This document shows positions 63,848 to 64,000 of a DNA stretch of 64,000 bases, in pieces. Every line of letters begins with the position of its first letter. Positions within the stretch are counted from its first letter, which is position 1. The DNA is from an uncultured Gemmatimonadaceae bacterium. Lineage in GTDB: Bacteria > Gemmatimonadota > Gemmatimonadetes > Gemmatimonadales > Gemmatimonadaceae. The DNA is taken from the NCBI GenBank assembly GCA_963716745.1, contig OY970320.1, positions 928,001 to 992,000 of the forward strand, read 5' to 3'. A program made the translations under genes and the position numbers. The notes beneath the pieces were generated by a model, which worked only from the letters and a program-made list of their open reading frames with translations, did not search any database and had not been told where the DNA came from.

Positions 63848-64000
63848 CTACTTCTCGTCCAGAGCGCGCAGCACTTCGCGATCGAACTGCACGGCGAGCC
63901 CCTCGCGCGGTGCGTACGGACTCGGCGCGTACATCCGGCTCGCGACGCCGAGCTGGCTCAACTCGGACACGTGCCAATCCTGGAGATTCACTTCGTCCCA
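63848..64000 (-). CDS. 3' end of an unidentified CDS entering from the window edge
   Basis: Open frame ...DWHVSELSQLGVASRMYAPSPYAPREGLAVQFDREVLRALDEK*. Confidence 0.55.
   Translation of the reverse strand, partial: WDEVNLQDWHVSELSQLGVASRMYAPSPYAPREGLAVQFDREVLRALDEK

Overview
High-GC bacterial chromosome segment; gene content and intergenic repeat style suggest Gemmatimonadota or Acidobacteriota (inference). Single-base indels break many ordinary genes across the whole window and are treated as sequencing errors; genes are reassembled across frames. (1) 1-5.7 kb: accessory block (FAD oxidoreductase, ADOP-type permease, RidA, LysR, GNAT, DinB) bracketed by two inward-facing 36-bp boxes. (2) ~6.2-14.5 kb: visibly more AT-rich island downstream of tRNA-Pro(GGG), with a four-gene operon (RHH/wHTH protein, SPPY-type DNA methyltransferase, wHTH-like protein, GHKL ATPase) converging on a PD-(D/E)XK nuclease-like gene and a DGQHR protein. 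This is the best candidate for an undescribed defence system. (3) 15-24 kb: accessory genes separated by six copies of a 117-119 bp palindrome, with a seventh at 54.1 kb. (4) 24-64 kb: mostly ordinary genes (sulfatase, HK-RR-Ser/Thr kinase operon, CopC, M28 peptidase, uppS cluster, APC permease, efp plus tRNA cluster, tesA-ybbA-ybbP, DedA, GH18/deacetylase/GT2, VPS10-like protein, mgtE, MFS), plus a metallothionein-like gene missing from the ORF track, a candidate small RNA and several palindromic repeat families. Nine tRNAs in total. No CRISPR, rRNA, integrase or transposase was seen.
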